Shown one piece after another: positions 25,533-32,000 of a DNA stretch of 32,000 bases; position 1 is the stretch's first letter; each line of letters starts with the position of its first letter. The DNA is from Acaryochloris marina S15 (GTDB taxonomy: Bacteria > Cyanobacteriota > Cyanobacteriia > Thermosynechococcales > Thermosynechococcaceae). The notes below the pieces were generated by a model. The model did no database searches. It saw nothing but the letters and a program-made list of their open reading frames with translations, and was not told the DNA's origin. The DNA lies in NCBI RefSeq assembly GCF_018336915.1, contig NZ_CP064923.1, positions 4,860,001 through 4,892,000 of the forward strand, in the 5' to 3' direction. The position numbers and the translations under genes are program-made.

Positions 25533-26421
25533 GCGAGGGTAATTAACAGAATGGGAGTAAAGCAGCAAAGGTCAGACCGAAAGATTCCAGTCATGATTCG
25601 CGGCGGTGTAAAGATAGTGTTTTGCCAAGTCGCAGGCAGTAGGACTCTAGGGTGAAGTCCAATACTGTTTCGGTTGAATGCCTTCATCTATGAGGTATGA
25701 CATCGGGGTGATAACCCGAGGAATCATGGGCAGAAGACAGGTTGTCTCATCAACAATTTCTTTTACCCCCTATAGAAATATCAACAGCTTCCAGGATCTT
25801 TATGCAAGTTCCAGAAAACATATTGGAAGGTTACCCATATTCACAGAATTTACTTGCGGCTAATGGGTTCGGATCGAACGGGTGACAATTACGACTTTCT
25901 AGTTTCAGTTTATGGGGCCAAGGGCGCCACGAAAATGATCTCTGTCATCCCTACATCTTTCTTATGATCAATAGTGGTTGGTGATCTAGCTCAAGATCAC
26001 ATCGTGTCAGACTTCTACAGATATTCTGGGAGTCTTGGTCTAGATACATGGCCTTTCGTCAGCACAGCTGACAAAAAATCACTTCAGAGTGTCTATGCAG
26101 AGAACATCCGCTTTTCTAGATATTTTATAAGCCAATAGTTGTAGTTTTATATACTTATCTCAAACAGTCTAGAGTAGAAAGATAAGGCACGATTTCAACT
26201 TGGCCAATGAAATTATTTTCATGCTATGGAAACAATGATGATCTCTCATTACCTTACTTAAAGCCTTATAGAGGAAGGAAGTGACAATTCTGAGCATATC
26301 CCCATTCTGAATATGAGCCATTCGGTTAATATTCGTCTTAAAACTTTACAGACAACAATTCCTAATCACCCTAAATGAGGCGATTAGGAGAATGATGTTA
26401 TTCAGCGCAGCGGGTTCTTAA

Positions 26422-29300
<2,879 letters not shown>

Positions 29301-29445
29301 AATGAGTCCATGGAATATATGGGTTTAACGTCCAGTATTACACTCTGTCACGCTTCATTTAGGAGACTACCCCACTCATGTATCGATACAAGGAGATTCC
29401 AAAGAACCGCTAGAATCAGAGGGAGATCAGTTCAGGGCCACACCT

Positions 29446-31353
29446 ATGACGTCCCCCCAGGCAGTTGAATTTTTGGATGAGTTTGAAGTAATTGTCGTGG
29501 GGGCAGGCCATGCCGGTTGTGAAGCAGCGTTAGCCTCTGCTCGGATGGGCTGCAGTACCCTATTGCTGACCCTCAATCTAGACAGAATCGCTTGGCAACC
29601 CTGTAATCCAGCCGTAGGAGCACCTGCCAAGTCCCAGCTCACCCATGAAGTCGATGCCCTAGGCGGCGAAATTGGCAAAATGGCGGATCGCACCTATTTG
29701 CAAAAACGTCTCCTTAACCATTCCCGTGGTCCTGCCGTTTGGGCCCTACGGGCTCAGACCGACAAGCGCGAATATGCCGCGGTGATGAAAACCATCGTCG
29801 AGAATCAGGGCAATCTGACCGTGCGGGAGGGCATGGTCACTGATCTAGTGCTAGGAGCCAATGATGAGGTCGTTGGCGTTCAGACCTACTTTGGTGTTGC
29901 CTTTCGTTGCCAGGCCGTCATTCTGACCACAGGCACCTTTTTAGGAGGACGGATCTGGGTCGGAGATAAGTCAATGCCGGCCGGACGAGCTGGAGAGTTT
30001 GCAGCGGAGGGACTGACCGAAACCCTGAATAAATTAGGGTTTGAAACAGATCGGCTGAAAACCGGAACCCCCGCTCGCGTCGACAAACGGTCTGTGGACT
30101 TTAGCGTCATGGAACCTCAGCCCCCGGATCAGCAAGTACGGTGGTTTAGTTTTGATCCTGCCGTTTGGATTGAACGGGAGCAAATGAACTGCTATATCAC
30201 CCGCACGACCCCTGAAACCCACAAATTGATTCAGGACAATTTACACCTGTCTCCAGTCTATGGCGGTTGGGTCGATGCCAAAGGCCCCCGCTACTGTCCC
30301 AGCATTGAAGATAAAATCGTGCGGTTTGCCGATAAGGCCAGCCATCAGATTTTTATTGAGCCAGAAGGTCGCGATATTCCTGAACTCTATATTCAAGGAT
30401 TCTCAACGGGTTTGCCCGAAGCGCTGCAGTTACGGATGTTGAGATCGCTTCCTGGTCTCGAACGTTGTGCCATGCTCCGCCCGGCTTATGCCGTGGAATA
30501 TGATTATCTGCCCGCCACCCAGTGTTATCCCACCCTCATGACCAAACGCATTGAAGGTCTCTTCTGTGCGGGACAAATTAATGGCACCACCGGCTATGAA
30601 GAAGCGGCTGCCCAGGGCATTGTCGCGGGCATCAATGCCGCTCGATTCGTGAACCAACAGGAAATGATCGTCTTCCCTCGAGCCCAAAGCTATATTGGCA
30701 CGCTGATCGACGATCTCTGCACCAAAGACTTACGAGAGCCCTATCGGATGTTGACAGGCCGATCCGAATATCGATTGCTGTTGCGATCAGACAATGCCGA
30801 TCAGCGATTGACGCCCTTAGGACGTGAAGTGGGTCTGATTGATGATCGACGCTGGCACTTATTTACCCGTAAGCAGGCCACCATCACAGCTGAAAAAGAA
30901 CGGCTCCATGCCACTCGTATTAAGGAGCGTGAGCCAGCAGCCCAGGCCATTGTCCAGGCAACGGGCGAAAAAATCAAAGGATCCATTACTCTGTCAGAGT
31001 TACTGCGTCGCCCCAAGTTTCACTACTGCGATCTTCACCAGCATGGCCTGGGCATAGAGACCCTCGAACGAGCCGAACGCGAAAGTGTCGAAATTGAAAT
31101 CAAATATGCGGGCTATATTCAGCGCCAACAGCGCCAGATTGAGCAGGTGAGTCGGCAAGAGCAGCGTAAGTTACCAGAAAATTTAGACTACGCCAACATC
31201 CAGACATTGTCGATGGAAGCACGGGAGAAATTGGCGAAAGTGCAGCCCCTGACCGTAGGACAGGCATCCCGCATTGGTGGCGTCAATCCTTCAGATATCA
31301 ATGCTTTGCTATTTTATCTAGAAACCTTGGCTCGATTGTCCCCAGTCAGTTAA
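29446..31353 (+). CDS. mnmG: tRNA uridine-5-carboxymethylaminomethyl(34) synthesis enzyme MnmG (GidA)
   Basis: 635 aa. [45 protein letters not shown]. Confidence 0.97.
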   Translation: MTSPQAVEFLDEFEVIVVGAGHAGCEAALASARMGCSTLLLTLNLDRIAWQPCNPAVGAPAKSQLTHEVDALGGEIGKMADRTYLQKRLLNHSRGPAVWALRAQTDKREYAAVMKTIVENQGNLTVREGMVTDLVLGANDEVVGVQTYFGVAFRCQAVILTTGTFLGGRIWVGDKSMPAGRAGEFAAEGLTETLNKLGFETDRLKTGTPARVDKRSVDFSVMEPQPPDQQVRWFSFDPAVWIEREQMNCYITRTTPETHKLIQDNLHLSPVYGGWVDAKGPRYCPSIEDKIVRFADKASHQIFIEPEGRDIPELYIQGFSTGLPEALQLRMLRSLPGLERCAMLRPAYAVEYDYLPATQCYPTLMTKRIEGLFCAGQINGTTGYEEAAAQGIVAGINAARFVNQQEMIVFPRAQSYIGTLIDDLCTKDLREPYRMLTGRSEYRLLLRSDNADQRLTPLGREVGLIDDRRWHLFTRKQATITAEKERLHATRIKEREPAAQAIVQATGEKIKGSITLSELLRRPKFHYCDLHQHGLGIETLERAERESVEIEIKYAGYIQRQQRQIEQVSRQEQRKLPENLDYANIQTLSMEAREKLAKVQPLTVGQASRIGGVNPSDINALLFYLETLARLSPVS

Positions 31354-31399
31354 AAGCCTGTGATAGGATGTTAAAGTCTTATTGGCAATGAGCCAACAA

Positions 31400-31473
31400 C
31401 GGGATGTAGCGCAGCTTGGTAGCGCGCCTGCTTTGGGAGCAGGATGTCGCAGGTTCGAATCCTGTCATCCCGA
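31400..31473 (+). tRNA. tRNA-Pro (anticodon UGG)
   Basis: Hand-folded 74-nt cloverleaf. Acceptor CGGGATG/CATCCCG, D stem GCGC/GCGC, anticodon stem CCTGC/GCAGG with loop TTTGGGA, T arm GCAGG-TTCGAAT-CCTGT, discriminator A. CCA is not encoded. Confidence 0.9.
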
Positions 31474-31807
31474 TTTAATCTTTAGAATTAGAGCAGAAAA
31501 GTCTCTGATAGTGAGGGTGATCACCGCAACTCTGAACTATCATGACTTTACTAGATAATGTGATGAAAAAAGGTCTATCTAGACTGTCATCATATCTATC
31601 TCCTGAGTACCCATTCTTTAGGAGTCTACATTGCCACAAACATCAGCAATATAGATTAATCTATGCTGTCAGTTAACGCTTCTGGGTATCAATACACCTT
31701 CAAAAAACTGAGTATTGTTACTCATCCCATATTGAACTGTTTTTAGTGTACAAATCAGTAATAAATGTGATTCATACTCATTAACTGGCTATCCCCAATA
31801 ACCTCAT

Positions 31808-32000
31808 ATGACATTTACGACCTTAACTTTCGTAGTATTTTTACTACTGACCTTTACCAGTTACTGGAAATTAGGAAAAAGGTCATTACAAAATATTTTT
31901 CTGGTTGTTATTAGCTACATTTTTTATGGCTGGTGGGATTATCGCTTTTGCTTTTTATTACTAGCCTCTAGTTCTGTCGATTATTGGATTGGCCTATACC
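31808..32000 (+). CDS. MBOAT-family O-acyltransferase (AlgI/DltB-like), N-terminal 64 aa, runs off the window
   Basis: My translation is MTFTTLTFVVFLLLTFTSYWKLGKRSLQNIFLVVISYIFYGWWDYRFCFLLLASSSVDYWIGLY, a typical MBOAT N-terminus (..FYGWWDxRF..). Absent from the ORF track because it has no stop in the window. Confidence 0.75.
   Translation, partial: MTFTTLTFVVFLLLTFTSYWKLGKRSLQNIFLVVISYIFYGWWDYRFCFLLLASSSVDYWIGLY

Noticed and set aside
24043-25568. TTG-extended N-termini proposed by the ORF track for the ABC transporter (24081) and the kinase (25568)
   Set aside because: For the kinase, the ATG at 25532 gives the typical MSLC..4-Cys start, so the extension is probably not translated. For the transporter the choice is unresolved, and I kept the track coordinates.
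25678-25863. 61-aa ORF in the long spacer
   Set aside because: No SD and no motif, and its length is barely above chance in AT-rich DNA. I kept it only as part of the non-coding-gap observation.

Overview
Cyanobacterial chromosomal segment, judged from tandem psbA genes, ycf23, seven HIP1 (GCGATCGC) palindromes and a FutB-like permease. I call about 30 protein genes and one tRNA-Pro(UGG). I saw no rRNA, CRISPR array, transposase or integrase. Backbone genes: uvrA 3' end, an FAD monooxygenase, two identical psbA genes (D1, Gln130 form), HIT, ycf23, a nucleotidyltransferase fused to a degenerate phosphohexomutase-like domain, ssb, purD, a methyltransferase, a PhnD-like lipoprotein divergent from a heme-c DUF3365-HAMP protein, a 4-Cys Ser/Thr kinase followed by an FHA-FHA-ABCG transporter, a CNNM protein, an iron ABC permease and mnmG. 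The psbA genes lie in a 1131-bp tandem repeat with different promoters and terminators. The stand-out is a tightly packed, AT-richer, HIP1-free seven-gene minus-strand operon (1132-6855) between uvrA and the monooxygenase/psbA locus. It encodes a SesB/DUF676-like serine hydrolase, an FGE/SUMF1-fold protein, an EPSP-synthase paralogue altered at the PEP/glyphosate site, a translationally coupled Cof-type HAD phosphatase, a TauD-family dioxygenase, a YciI-like protein and an SDR-fold protein lacking the Ser-Tyr-Lys triad. I cannot match this gene set to any characterised pathway or defence system. A second AT-rich block (MBOAT gene) starts just after tRNA-Pro at the right edge. All calls come from reading the ORF translations and the DNA by eye. 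No database search or computation was possible, so family names are motif-based inferences.
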